Source of the DNA: Tricharina praecox
Lineage: Eukaryota
Length of the DNA stretch: 64,000 nt
Assembly: GCF_024521635.1 (NCBI RefSeq)
Contig: NW_026250407.1
Location: forward strand, 1,054,001-1,118,000
Reading direction: 5' to 3'
The position numbers were made by a program, and so were the translations under genes. The notes under the pieces are model-generated. The model ran no database searches and was not told the origin of the DNA. It saw only the letters and a program-made list of their open reading frames with translations. Below, in pieces: positions 41,460 to 54,253 of this stretch (positions are counted from its first letter, which is position 1; each line of letters opens with the position of its first letter).

Positions 41460-42590
41460 ATGCTCCTAGGTTTCCGCACCCGAGCAAGACGGCTTACCAA
41501 TTCGTACGTCTTCGGCCGAATAGTATGTCCACCTCGAGGATCCGAATCTCTTCTTCCCGCGTATTCTAATCGTCCTCGGGGTCCAACAGCCATTCATAAA
41601 CCTCCTACTCCTCGGCCTTCAGCTTTTCGGAATAAGCCATGTCTCGTGGAACTTCTCGGCGCACTTCGACGCAAAGCCCATGTTGACCACGATGATCACC
41701 AACTCGGTCCGGCATCCGCACCCCTCTTCCCACCCCTCTTCCCACCCCGCGGGCCGAATACTGACCGCCACAGATCCTCAACGGAATAGCCGACACGGTA
41801 GCACAGACGGTATCGGCCTACCGCAGACGCCACGCCGGCGTCGCCCCCGCGAACCCCAAAAAGGTCGACCGCGTGTCCATCGAGATCCACGAGCTCGGCG
41901 AGAAGTCGCTTCCTACGCACCGGGCGGAGCTCTTCGCCGCCCCGCATTTCGACGCCGACCGCCTGGTGCGATACATGGCCTGGGGTACTCATCCTCCCCC
42001 TCTACCACCACTCGCCGCTACCTCCCCCATTTCCCCCCGCTGACATGCGCGCGCGCAGGATTCCTGATGGCCCCCATCCAACTCGCCTGGTTCGCTTGGC
42101 TATCCGACGTGTTTCCGACTACCGAAGGGCACCAGACGGCAGCGGTGATGTGGCGCGTGCTGCTGGACCAGGTGGTGTTCTCGCCGATCAGTTTGGCGGC
42201 GTTCTTCGTGTTCATGGGGGTGTGCGAGGGTGGCGATATGAAGGCTATGCGGAGGAAGATGAATGTTGTGTTTATGCCCTCGTTGTAACTTCCCCCCGCC
42301 AAAACCAAACCCCCCCCCCCCCCCCCCCCCCCGGAATAAAGATTAAGTTCGGACGGATGCTGACAGTACGCAGGAAGTCTAACTATGTCCTTTGGCCCGC
42401 GGTGCAAATCATCAACTTTCGCCTGGTTCCCCTACAATACCAACTCGTGAGCTACCCCTCTCCATTGCCCCTCGGTTCGGTTCGAATGCTGACGGACGAT
42501 GTGGGGATATAGCCATTCGCGTCGACGATAGGAATCTGCTGGACAACCTACCTGTCGTTGAAGAACGAGGCGGCGGATGCACTGCTGTGA
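41460..42590 (+). CDS. Mpv17/PMP22 family membrane protein (6 exons)
   Basis: Spliced frame gives KPMLTTMITNSILNGIADTVAQ, FDADRLVRYMAWG, RVLLDQVVFSP, NYVLWPAVQIINFRLVPLQYQLPF...WTTYLSL. Confidence 0.9.
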
Positions 42591-43138
42591 TGGCGCGGTG
42601 GGAGTGAGTGAGTGGTAGTGGCGATGTCGCACATCTACATTTCAAAAGGGACATGGTGCATTTGTTTCGGATATCAACAGCTTCTTATTTCTTTCTTCTA
42701 CAACCGTGTTATTGCATTCTGTTCGGATTTCACTGTATAATACTTGCCTATAATAGACGGGGAGTGGTTGGAGATGATTCTTTCGGAGGGGCACAGTGGG
42801 CGTCGTCTGTGAGACCATGGGTGCACTGCCCCGCCACACAGCGGATGAAGAGTCTATCGAAGAGGATCCGCTTGATAGAGCACCATATCACAGCTCATGA
42901 ACGAGTGAATCCGTGCCATCGTGACCATTCATTATCCGAATTCAAGCCCGCCGTCATTTACAAAAAATCATTAACAGCTATCGAAAATCAAGGAGAAAAA
43001 AACCCCCCCCAGACCAGTCCATGAGCAACACAATGCTAAAACGCCAAGGTCCATCGTACAGAAGTCAAGTAGAAATCAAAGGTCAAACAAACAGCTCATA
43101 AAGACATTCATGCAGATGATCATGAAAAAAAAGCCCAT

Positions 43139-43834
43139 CTAGATGAAGACGGCTTTGCCGGACAAGGTAAAGCGAACCGCGCCCTGGACGCAGAGGATGG
43201 GGCGGCCATCTCCCATATAAGCATTCGCCGTCACGACGTAGGTGCCCTTTATCCCAATAATTAGCCACTATCCAAAACAAATATCGGACGAGAAGGAGGA
43301 TGGACTCACAGGGGGGATTTGGTTCGGAATGTCAATCGCCTTAGTCAAAGTCAACTTTCCAGCTTTGACGGGACACTCGAGGTCCACCTGGTTGAGGTTA
43401 TCACAGATGTCTGCGGTCTGCTTGAACATGGTGATCAAGCCGTACTTGACGGAAACATCGACTTTGGCGCCCTTGGTAATGGCGCTCTTGAGCGAGCCGA
43501 CCGCGTCAACAACCAACGTCTTGCCACTGTCGAAATGTTAGTCTGGCTGCCTCGGCGGTAGGGAAGATGAAGGAGCAACAGCAGAAGAAACACTGAGAGC
43601 AGGGGAGGAGTGGGAGACAAACGGAAGCGGCGGGTTGGGCGTCAAGTTAAGGCTCTGAATCTTCACGATATCCTTGCTGTTGTCTCCACAGTAGAAGAGA
43701 GGGTTGGCTCCAGGGACCTTCGTGAGACCGGCTCCGACATCGGAACGGACGTCGATGGACTGCTGCTGGAAGAAGCTTCCGGCAGACACGGAGACTGCCA
43801 TGAAAAGCACGGAGGTGATGACGGAAAACTTCAT
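43139..43834 (-). CDS. NPC2: Phosphatidylglycerol/phosphatidylinositol transfer protein, NPC2/ML domain (exons 43834-43623, 43526-43310, 43246-43139)
   Basis: Signal peptide, VPGANPLFYC, LTPNPPLPG, VKYGLI...DICD...LECPV, IPNQIPPGTY. Confidence 0.9.
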
Positions 43835-44677
43835 CTTGAAGAATGTAGAGAAGAAGTTGTTTCTTTGTATAGAAGGGAGTTGAAAGGGAGGAGAAGTTGT
43901 TTGTTTGTGAATTGGTTGTAGATCTTGTGCGGAGTTTTGGTTGGAGGAGTGGAAAGCGAGGGTGAGTGTGGAGAAGGTAGATAAGAATCGATCCGAAGAG
44001 GGCCTTCAAATAGTCGTCGGGGGTAGCCGGATTCAGGCACAAGCTCTATTTCGCCGCTCTACAACGTTGTACGTTCTTGAATGAGAGATGGCTGGAACGG
44101 CATGGCATGGATGGGTCCGGGGATGAATGTGCGCGGGCAGGCTCGTGACTGACCGTGACGTAGGGGGTGGGATCTGAATTGTGAGTTTGTGAGCTGGAAG
44201 TCTTCCCGTGGCAATCGAGAATCGAAAATCGACCTGGGCCATTTTACCCGAAATTCAAGATGTACACTATACACCCATCAAGGTCCCTCGATGTAGGCTT
44301 TGACCCATAGGGCTGTGGAGGTAACCGACCGTGGTGAGGCTCCTCCGTGAGAGAGTGAGGCTCTGCAGGGAAGCCACGCGTACCGCGGTAAACCGTGAAC
44401 AGAAATCCTATGGTCGCCAAACTCAAAAAAATTCAGCGTGTACTCCTCAACCTTCTTCTTCCGCGCAGCTGAGCTCACCTCGGACCTGGGAGAAGTACAA
44501 TTTTATTGAGGAAAAAACTCGACAGTGCAGCGTCGACAGCACACGATATCACTCGGGACGACAGCCGGCTCGCCAGCTTGGACTTTCTCTACGTGGTACA
44601 GGAAGACGCCGGGGAACAGGAAATTCATTGTTATTACGGTGAATAAAAACAATAAATCGTAAATTTCAATCGCAGTG

Positions 44678-45875
44678 AAAGCCCAGCCCGATCATCACGT
44701 ATGGGCAGCGCTGGATATCAATCGAGCCACCTCGAGACCAGAGGCCAGCCAGCCTGGCCGGGCTGGCTCAGTCCGTTAATCGCAACTGCAAATTCACGGT
44801 GTGGCCTGAGCCGTGCGGGCTTGGGTCACAGAAGTGATTTGAGCAAACTGCTCCACGAGCAGAGCTCATGCCAAGCACACATGTTCGAGCCAGCTCAGCT
44901 CACTCCATCCAACATGGTGGACCAGACTGCGGTGTCTACTCCGAACACCTCGGACTGGACTCCGTCGTGGTCTAGGACGTGCCATGGCCTTCACCGCTGG
45001 CTTGGATGGTGATGAGAGTGTCAAGTCTGATCCTCTTCGACCAGCTGGGCTGGCCGAACGAGCAGAAATCGACACAAAGCCTCGTCCCATCGGGCAAAGC
45101 AAACACCCTCCCCGCTCTACGATTCACAACAGATGGCATGGTTGGTCTCTGCTGGTAGCTGATGCAGTCTTCTTCTCGCCGGCGCTGTCGTGACCCAACC
45201 CAAGAACCGCGCTGGCCACCCACAGCAGGCCATGCAGCCTACAAACCGACCAAAGCCCAGCCCGATCATCACGTCTGGGCAGCACTAGATATCAATTGAG
45301 CCGTCTCGAGGCCAGAGGCCAGCCAGCCTGGCCGGAAACTCACGTGCGATCTCGACTCATAGAAGCAAAACTGCTCCACGAGCAGAGCTCGAACCAAGCA
45401 CACATGTAGGGAGGCCCAACTCGAGCCAACTCAGCTCACTCCATCCAACATGGTGAGGATCTGACTAGACTGCGGTGTCTGCTCCAAACACCTCGGGCTG
45501 GACTCCTCCGTCGTCCAGGACGTTCCAAGGTATATACCGCTGGCGGCTTAGATGGTGATGAGAGTGTCAAAGCCGATCCTTGTGAAGTCGCGGCCTACCA
45601 TCTGGGCTGGCCGGACGAGTAGTAATCGACAGTGTTCGATGCAAAGCCTCGTTACATCTGTCAAAACAAACACCCTCCGCTGGGGTTTCGTGGCAGATGA
45701 TGTGGGCCCGATTCCTCTCCGTCACCACCCCTCCCCCTCCCCACCACGATTCACAACAGACGACATGGTGGGTCTCTGCTGGTCTGATGTAGTATTCTTC
45801 TCGCTGGTCCTGTCGGGACCCAACCCAATCCAAGAACCGGGCTGGCTACTCACAGCAGGTCATGCTCCTACAAAC
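44678..45875. repeat. Diverged tandem duplication of a ~575-620-bp unit (44678-45251; 45252-45875)
   Basis: Both copies start AAAGCCCAGCCCGATCATCACGT, share internal blocks (CTCAGCTCACTCCATCCAACATGGTG; GATGGTGATGAGAGTGTCAA; ACGATTCACAACAGA) and end CAGCAGG.CATGC..CCTACAAAC. Confidence 0.92.
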
Positions 45876-45927
45876 AGAGCGGGAAATCATGACACAACCC
45901 CTGGCGAAGGGACCGAGGCGACAATCC

Positions 45928-46080
45928 TTTTTTTTATTTGTTTATTCATCGATTGCATGCGACCTCTCCGGATCATGGCAATATCCACCGATACACCCAC
46001 GACACTGTCCACCTCGACTCTCATCGAGCCTTCCGATGTGGTTGTCCCTGCCCTCCGCCCCGGCCTGTCCCAGCAATGTA
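45928..46080 (-). mobile_element. Diverged LINE 3'-UTR copy with poly(A) tail (copy A)
   Basis: Plus-strand T-run followed by TTCATCGATTGCATGCGACCT...ATCATGGCAATATC...CACTGTCC...CCGATGTGG...CCTGTCCCA, homologous to 46643-46800. Confidence 0.75.
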
Positions 46081-46460
46081 AAGACTGATATGGGCGTGCA
46101 TGTCCGCTCCTTCCCACTCCCCTCTCTCACCGACGGGGCTGACACGGCCGCTCTTCCCACCAACCTTCTGTCCCTTCGTGGTGTTTGCGTGCCTTCTGCT
46201 TGACGATCCTGCTCTCACCCCACCGATGAAGACAGTCACATATACGCCGCCCCTGCCGCGAGCATCATCTACCCACGAGTCACGACAGAACGCTTCCATC
46301 CCTCTCTTCCAAGCCCCACCTCTCTGTTGACAGTAGGTAGGGGTTGCTTGTTCTCGGCATTCACGCCGGCATGTGCAGAGTGCATGAGCGTCGATGTTGG
46401 GGAGGTACCTATTAGCTACTACACCGGCTGGTGAGGTGCCGAGGTCCCGTCAGTTCGTGA

Positions 46461-46604
46461 TTGTTTTGTTTTTTGTTTCTTCATCGCAGCATTCGACCTT
46501 GTCAGATCATGGCTGTATACACACATCCGGTTCCACCCCACTGTCTCCGACCGCTGGTCGAGAGCTCAATGTGGGTTCCCTATTGCTCTCCGCCCAGCCC
46601 TCCC
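46461..46604 (-). mobile_element. More diverged LINE 3'-UTR copy (copy B)
   Basis: T-rich run then TTCATCG...CGACCT...GATCATGGC...CACTGTC...ATGTGG...CTCCGCCC, collinear with copies A and C. Confidence 0.65.
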
Positions 46605-46642
46605 GCTCAGCTCTAACTCGCCGCTCGATTGTGAGGTGGCAA

Positions 46643-47579
46643 TTTTTTTTTGTTCATTCATTGATTGCGTGCGACCTATCTAAATCATGGCAATATCTAC
46701 CCGTTCGCCCCCCCGTTTCCCCGCCACTGTCCAACCCAACTTTCATCAGGCGTCCCGATGTGGCTTCCCCTGCCCCCGCCGTGACCTGTCCCAAAGATGT
46801 ATGAGCGCACCAAAGAAATGACACTAGGAAAAGACAACTTCCACTCCCTCGACTCGTCCCTGCCTCACCGCAAGTCACTAGCCCTCGTCGCCGCCTCCTG
46901 CCTCTTCATCAAGAGATGCCATGAAGGAAAGTGTGGGAAGGAACAGCGGGCGTGACCCCGGCTCCTCAACCTCAGCACCCTCCTCCTCCTCTCGCCTCAG
47001 ATCCGCCTCCCTTTCCTCCCGCTCCCTGAGCTCCCACTCGGATATCTCACTCGCTGCATCTTCCTCCGTAGCCTCTAGCATCCGTCTGCCCACATTAGTG
47101 GAGAGGAGGAACTCTAGTACGGCCTTGCTGCATCGCTCATCTGCGAAGAGGTCCCGGATTTTGAAGGGGTCTTTTCCTCTCCTTGTCTGCTTCCAGACTT
47201 CTGCCCATGGTGTCTTTTGCTGACTTTTCCATCCAGGGCAATTTTTGAAAAGGTGCTCCCGAGTCTGTGTCTTGTAGCAGCACCAGCCAGCGGGCATCCG
47301 GGCGGCTTTTAGTCCACTGGAGGTACTGGCCAGTGAGGCAGTGTCCTGTCTTGAGTTGGTAGAATCTCGAGGCGAGGTGCTTGGTGGCCATCTCTGGATT
47401 TGGGTCGGGTCTCTGGCCGGATTTCCGGCTGTACCGATACTTCTTGCGAGTGATTCTGCTGTCCGCCGTCCCTTGGCTTCCCTCCACTTGGCTTCGGAGA
47501 TGCCGCGTTTCAGGTAGGCAAGCGATGGCGGTGGTAGAGGTCTGGTGCCATACTGGTGCAGGTAGCGGGTCCCCTCCTC
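46643..47579 (-). mobile_element. 5'-truncated non-LTR retrotransposon (LINE, Tad1-like) with frameshifted ORF2 C-terminus, 3' UTR, poly(A) and TSD (copy C)
   Basis: Translates across frameshifts to SLAYLKRGISEAKW / LASRFYQLKTGHCLTGQYLQWTK / WCCYKTQTREHLFKNCPGWK (CCHC-type knuckle) ...IRDLFADERCSKAVLEFL; stop at 46878; A-tail at 46643; flanked by GTGAGGTGGCAAT at 46631-46643 and 47580-47592. Confidence 0.9.
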
Positions 47580-48553
47580 GTGAGGTGGCAATCCTCTGGT
47601 GAGAGGAGCCGCCAGAAGATTATGGGAGTGAGAAACGGTGCAGGACGCCAGTAGAGTAGGTACTGCACGATTCCTTCGACAAGCCGCACTGGTAAATCAA
47701 CCGATTGTGGAGAATGGCATACCATCGAAGGTCGAGATGATGAAATTACCTATGTGTTATGGAAGGGGGATGAGTGGTTGCCGCTGTCGTTGTCGTGAGA
47801 ATCGAGCTTCATGGACCTCCCTCATATTCTACATCCCTATCAACAACTAAAATCAATTCGATTCGCAGCAACCGTGAGCAAATCTGAAATCGCATCTAGA
47901 TTGGACTCGATGATGATGATGAAGATAATTGTTGGTTCCAATTACATACAGTACACCGCACCACAGGTGCCCACCACCTCCACTTCTCCCTCTGTTCGTT
48001 CTATCCATCTATCCATCCATCTATCCATCCGCCCAGATCCAATCGAGTCGTACAAAGAGCAAGTTAGTATACAATACATTAACAGACAGTTGTAACGGGT
48101 GTGTAAGTACAGAAGTAAGTAATAAGTACTCCCCACGAAGAAAAAAAACAACACCGCCATTCCCAAAAACATAACAAGGCCAAAAATATACAAAAACAGC
48201 CCGTTTTCTTCACTAGCAGAGGAAGAGAAAACCGAATGAAGCAGCAGCAGAAAAGAAGTTGAAAAGCAATCCCAAAAAAAAGGGGCATAAGGATATCCGC
48301 CCCAATGCATGCAGTAAACAAGAACAAAGCACCGATGCAAGAAAATGCCCACTAGGATACAAAACACAAGGAAGAAAGGAAAAAGGAAAAGTAGTAATCA
48401 ATCAAAACGGAGCCAAACCGAGCCCTGAAGACTTTACATCGTACCCTCTAAACACTTATATAAACACAAAATCGAGGAGTCAAGTCAAGTCATTGGTGGG
48501 CGTAGGTAGCATATCATTGCTTTGCTTTCCGGGGGAGGGTTAGCCGGTTCGGA

Positions 48554-51500
48554 TCACGGCATATCGGCGTACTTGGCTTGCATTATCAAGTACTCGTTTC
48601 CGAGACGTTTCGCCTGGCGTACTGCCTCATCCCTATGATTCCGGTCAGCAAGAAGTAAATACTTTGGAGTGGGCGATATCCTTACCTTTCGGTCTGGAGG
48701 TTCATCACTTCGATCTGCGCAGCGGCCATCCTGGCCACCACCTCGCTCATCTCATCATCGGCATCTTCTAGTGCCTTCTCGAGTTCCCCTACTCTCTTCT
48801 CCAAGAGCTCCGTCTTATTGGAGTCCGAGGAGGACAGTCGTCGAACCGAAGTCCACTCTAGCTTCGGGCTTCTCAGAAGCGGCGACAACTGCGGCTTGAG
48901 GCCGGGAGATGCAAGGGCAGATGACTTCAGCCGACGCAGCTGCGAGGTGTGCGTCTCCTTTATGCGGCGGATTTCATCCTCGTGCTGGGAGACGGCTTCT
49001 TCTGCCTGTTGCTGCGCCTCGGCGACTTTATCCTCCAAGCTTCTCAGCTTGCCTTGGAGACTGTTGATCTTCTTTGCCGAAGCGCTCTGCTCTTCCTCAC
49101 CGCGAGTGATGCAGTCGGCGAGTCGCTCTCGGAGGGTTTCGTTGGAGGCGAGTTGAGCTCGCACTTGCGCGGCCAACTCCTCCACCCGCTCCGACGAAAT
49201 ACGCAGCTGCGCTGCTAGATTCCGCTCCTCCTGCATATGCATCTTCTCAGACTTCTGCAGTGATTCCGCACGCTTGCGGTACGCCTCCGCCTCGACTTGA
49301 GCAGTGTCTCGCTCGACCTCTGCCGATGTGAGACTCTTGCGCAGTTCCTGAATGGCGCGTTGCGAGGCTTCGTTCGCTCCCTCAAGGGTTTGCTCACGCT
49401 CGGTAACAAAGGCGGGGTCAGTGTCTCTGGTCTCGAGTTCCCCTAACCGGGCCAATAATCGCTCGTGGAGGTTTTGGAGATTGTGATATGCCTGTTTTAG
49501 GGATGGAGATGCGGGCGTCGCGCCCGCCTGTTTGAGCTCCGAAACTTCTCGCGACAGACGCTCGTGTGAATCCTGCAGTTCCCCATGCTCTGCTGCAAGA
49601 TCGTCGTGCTCCTGTAACAGAACTCGCAACGTGCTGGTCTCCTGCTCGGCCTTTTCGAGATCCATCATCAATGTACCCAGACTCCTCTCGCAAACAAACT
49701 TCTGTTCGAGAGCTTCATCCGCCCTCTGTCTCAGGCGATCAATCTCCCGGCGAAGAGCTGAGACCTCCTTATCGCGTCCTTGTCGTTTGATGTTCGGATC
49801 CAACGCTCTGTCCCGCTCCATTTCTAACGTCTTTATTCGCTCCTTCGACTTCTTGGCCTCCAATTGCTGGCGATCCCTTAATCTCAGGAGTCCCTTGCGG
49901 AGAGCGTCCCGTTGATTCTCGACGTCTTTCAGACGTTCCGCCAGTGATTCACGGTCTTTGGGATTCAGAGGAAGCGTCGGCGGTTGCGCAGATGTCGGAG
50001 TACCTGGCGTAGCATATCCTGATGGCGCTCCAGACATCGAGTGGCGGACATGCGAATTGGTTTGGATCTGAACCAATTGGGCTTGAACGACTTGGGCTTG
50101 GATGGCGGGAGGTTGTACTTGGCTGTGCGCTCGTGCCTGCTGTACTTGGTACTCAACCTGGGCTTCGATCTGATGTTTGAAATTCGCTTGAGATTCAAGC
50201 TGAGCTTGTGTTTTCTCCTGGATTACCTGGGCAAGAGAAACGTTTTCGGTTTTTAAGCTCGCCAGCTCCTGTTGCATGAATGTGTGCTCATACATGAGCT
50301 TCTGCAAGTCTAATGTCTCCGCCTCGAGTCCTTCCACACGCGCTCTCAGCTGAGGAACAACTTCGTCTCGGAGGTTGTCGCGGTCATTCCGATTGGCCTC
50401 GAGTTCCTCTTTCAGAGCTGTGAGAAGATCCTCGAAATTCTCCTTCAGTTGGCGTTCCTCGACGAGTTTGCGTTTGGCTTCTTCAAGTGACATTTCGAGG
50501 TCTTTGATTCGCGCTGGAACATCCGGAGGAGCGAGATGAGAACCAGTGGAAGTCTGGTACACGCTGTTTAGCAATACATTCACAGTTATACCAAGCGAGG
50601 CCATGTTACCTTGGAAACCAGATCCTCCAATTCCTTTACTTGTGCCTCAACCGTCCTCCTTTTCTCCCTCTCCTCTTGAACTTTCTCGAGCATATCCAAC
50701 CTCAATTGTGCTTTCTCTTGCTCGACCTTCCTCACCATCCTTTCCGCATCCATATCCTTGCCTTCGCTATCCACATACCGTGCTGGCGTGCCTGCGTCGG
50801 AATAATAATCACTAGTTCGCCTGCCATTGTTTGCTGCCTCGGATTGCAGGCGCTCGACGAGATCTTCCAAGTCCATCTCTCGCCGAATTGACGCTGCCAG
50901 ATCCGCCGAAACTGCCCTGACTTCATCTTCGATGGCATCGAATGACCCATATCCTGGTGTTCCTGGCGGATATAGACTTTCCGTGTCCGAGTACGTGTTG
51001 AGTTGAGAAGCATTTGCCCGCGAAGTGTCTATGGCCGGAGGGGGAGCTTTACTAGCTGTAAGCAACGATCCACGATGAGACGTCGAGGTGGGTGATAGTG
51101 CAGGCATTGGATCCACCGACCCAGCGCCCTGCTCCGAGGTGCTGCCCCAACGGAAAAGAGACGTGAATCTGTTGTTCGGGGACTTTGGCTTGGTTGAATC
51201 TTCGACGAAAGCAAAGCCTTCCTCGGGGAGAGATATGTTGGGTTGTATGGGTGCCATTGAGTTGTATGCGGACGCGGATGCGCTTCGTGTATGTATGGTG
51301 ACCAAATGATCGATTCTTCGTGGGTATATATTCAGACTGGACTCGCTGATGAACCTCGCATGGTTTGGGGGGACAGGGCTTCTGGGATACGCGCGCAGAG
51401 AGGAGAGTTGCTGTCGTATATTACCGTGTTGAGGGGTTCGGACTGTCCAGAGATGGCTGGGATCGTGATCCAGCCGATGCAGTCTGGAAAGCAAAATAGT

Positions 51501-51961
51501 GGTTAGAGAGGGGATTGCAAGTTGGACGAGCATAAAGGTTTTGGGATCATTGCACACCTATTGGAATATTCCTCCCTTTCGACGAAAGCTTCGGGCGATG
51601 GAAGGGTGGGAGAATCTAGGACCGGGTATCCTTCAGGGAGTTTTGCCGAAAGGTCAAGAGCTGCTGGAGCAGGCTGCTTCTCCTTACGGGACGGTGGCTT
51701 GGGAAATTGGTCTGATATCCGAGCACCGAGAGGCAGGGAACTGGCACCAGGAGGGAGGGAGACCCGTCGAATGGGAGGCTGCCAAAGGGAGATGTATGAT
51801 GACTGCGGACGAGACGACGGCGGTGACGACGACGGTGAGGTGAAAGGCGAGAAGGTGTGGATTGCAGAGTCGGGACGGGCAGTCGGGGCAGTCCGGGGAT
51901 TTTGAACGACGGAGGAAAGATCGAAAGAAGGATCGAGGACTTGATTCTGGAACGAAGTCAT
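48554..51961 (-). CDS. Large coiled-coil protein of unknown function (exons 51961-51558, 51483-50610, 50553-48686, 48632-48554)
   Basis: Ser/Pro-rich N-terminus, SADLAASIRREMDLEDLVERLQ...RRTSDYYSD motif and ~700 aa of heptad-rich sequence; GT-AG introns join the ORFs in frame. Confidence 0.85.
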
Positions 51962-54253
51962 GGCTGAGGGCGACCTTGGCGTTTGGAGCAAGCACAGCAG
52001 CTAGATGCTAGTCTAGGGACTCTTTTGTTCGAAGTTCGCTTGATGGCTTTCCTCGATGTGGTGTGTATGGGTGGTTGGGATGTCTTTCCTTCGCCAAAGC
52101 AGGTCGATAGGGGGCCCTTGCACTTGCAGGCGTGTAAGTTGAGTGTGTAGCAAGCGGGGGGGGGAAGGGAGTGGGTGCGTGCTGGTAGGTTGAGCAGGGG
52201 CTACATGCTCTAGGTCAGGTACCGTACAATGCGCGCGCAACCCTAAGGTATGAGGACTATCTACCGGTATGTAGGCGGTGGGTGTTGTCCGAAGAGGAGT
52301 ATCATAGGTCTGGGGGATTGCCTATTGGGGGGAGGTGAACTGAAGGGACGGCGGGTATGTAGGTACCAGTATTTCCCCGAGTCGGTTCATACTCTGCATA
52401 GGTACCTCGCGGAATCCTCAGATGCACCGTGCTGATCGATATCTCTCACAGTCATGATACATTGACCAGACGTTATTGAGTCGGTGAGCAGGATTTGTAT
52501 AGGTGCTATAGAGTAGGTATAGTACTCCATCACCATCGTATATGGCAATGGTTATGGTGATAGATATCAGCAACACATAGGTAGGCATGTAGATATTGGG
52601 TGAATGAACATCAATTGGCGTAGATTTGTATATACCTATTACAGTTATTCATCCCCTCTACCCAGCCAATCCAGCGCACCGACACGAGCTGTCTGCCGTT
52701 GAATCGTGATTCCGGTCGGCACGATATAGGTACCTAGTACCTAGAGTGGTGGATGGGGCGTTTGGCGCGCGCGCGAGGAGATGAACCAGATGGCGAAGTG
52801 GGCGGAAACCGTTCATCTGCGGGGCACAGAAAGTGCCAAAAATCCAAGGGGTAACAACAATAGACCGCGCGACGAATCACTGAGCGGCAACCCCTGGTTA
52901 TTACTTTAGCGCCCGACCAATCGCAAAATCCCTGGAGGGTGCGACTGCCTTGAACCTTCCCCAAACGACGAGAATATCCCCCTGGCTTCAAGCATTGCTA
53001 CGGCGTTGATGTAGGGCTCGATCTCGGTGTGTATCATAGGTATCGCCTTCTCGAAGAAGTTGTTTTGGCCGTGGTGGCGACCATGAAGAAGAAGGTGTGA
53101 GTGGGTATAAGTTTCCAGAGTTAAGATGTGGGGGTGAAGTTTGGCAGTCCGCTTGAGACTCTATCAATTCGAGATGTTATCGAGTCCATGCTGCGTGCTG
53201 CGTGGTCCATGCCATGTCTCGAGTCTCGACATTTGCAGAAACTCAACATATAGCTCCCTTCGTATGTAAGGGAATTATTTGAGACTCTTCGGATCCAGTT
53301 CCCGATCCCCCTTAGGTCCCTTGCGCCGTGCCTGCCTTACTGCTAACATTGGACGCTGGGAAACGCACGTTGCATCCTGGTGCCAGAGACAAAAAAATCT
53401 GTAGGACATCATGGAGTAGGAAGCACGGGCACGTTAACCTGCGTCCTCTCGATCAGGTTTTCTCTCGTAGGGCTTCTTCGGCTGTCGGGTGTATACGAGT
53501 TTTCGATGTCCGGGAAAGGAGACTTCGGGGTAGAGGCAAAAGTGGATTCCCAGTTACCTTGTAGATGTCCGGTCAAAGGGGCTAGCTTAGGTCAGTCCTG
53601 GTTAACATCTAGCGAGTGATTGTCTGTGAACGGTCAATCCGCCACTCCCCACTTGACCGCACAAATGCACTGGGGATATTGAGCGAAGGAATACCGCACC
53701 TATGCAGGCATTGCTCTTGTGTACCACTACTAAAATCTCCTTCGTCTTATCATGTGCGAGCGGTATCTCAGTCGGGAGCACGCATCGACCTCAACCTCGA
53801 AACCGTGCGGAGCCGGAAAGAAGACAACCGGTGACCCCAGCCTGTCTGATGGGCACGTCTCGAGCCACTATTTGCTCAACCGCCACACGTACCGGGTATG
53901 CCCATGAACTTCATAGTGAGTAGGAGCGGTTCTTCGTGGGTATGCGTCCTCCAGACGCGTACATAGTTCCGGAAAAAAAAGTGTGTGATGGTCATGAGGT
54001 TGTTTGCAATTTATATGCTCTCGTTCAGAGCTGTCGTTACTACTAATAGCATACACACCCTCCAGAGACGGCCACAGGGCTCAGAGCTTCGTCTGACACC
54101 CATGAGCCGGCGGGTATCCTACTCACAGAGGTTACCCTCCAGGCACGCTTCCTCGCGTCCTTCACATCCCACCAGTAACGTAAACGTAAACACACCACCA
54201 AAAAAAATCCGAGTTATCCACCACCCATTTTCGCTGTTTCTCAGTCGGTCTTA

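Noticed and set aside
42310..42332. Poly(C) run in an Mpv17 intron
   Set aside because: Simple homopolymer; its length may be a sequencing artefact.
46700..46770. Hammerhead in the LINE 3' UTR (minus-strand CTGATGA...GAAA)
   Set aside because: Core is not conserved in the other two copies and the required stems are not evident.
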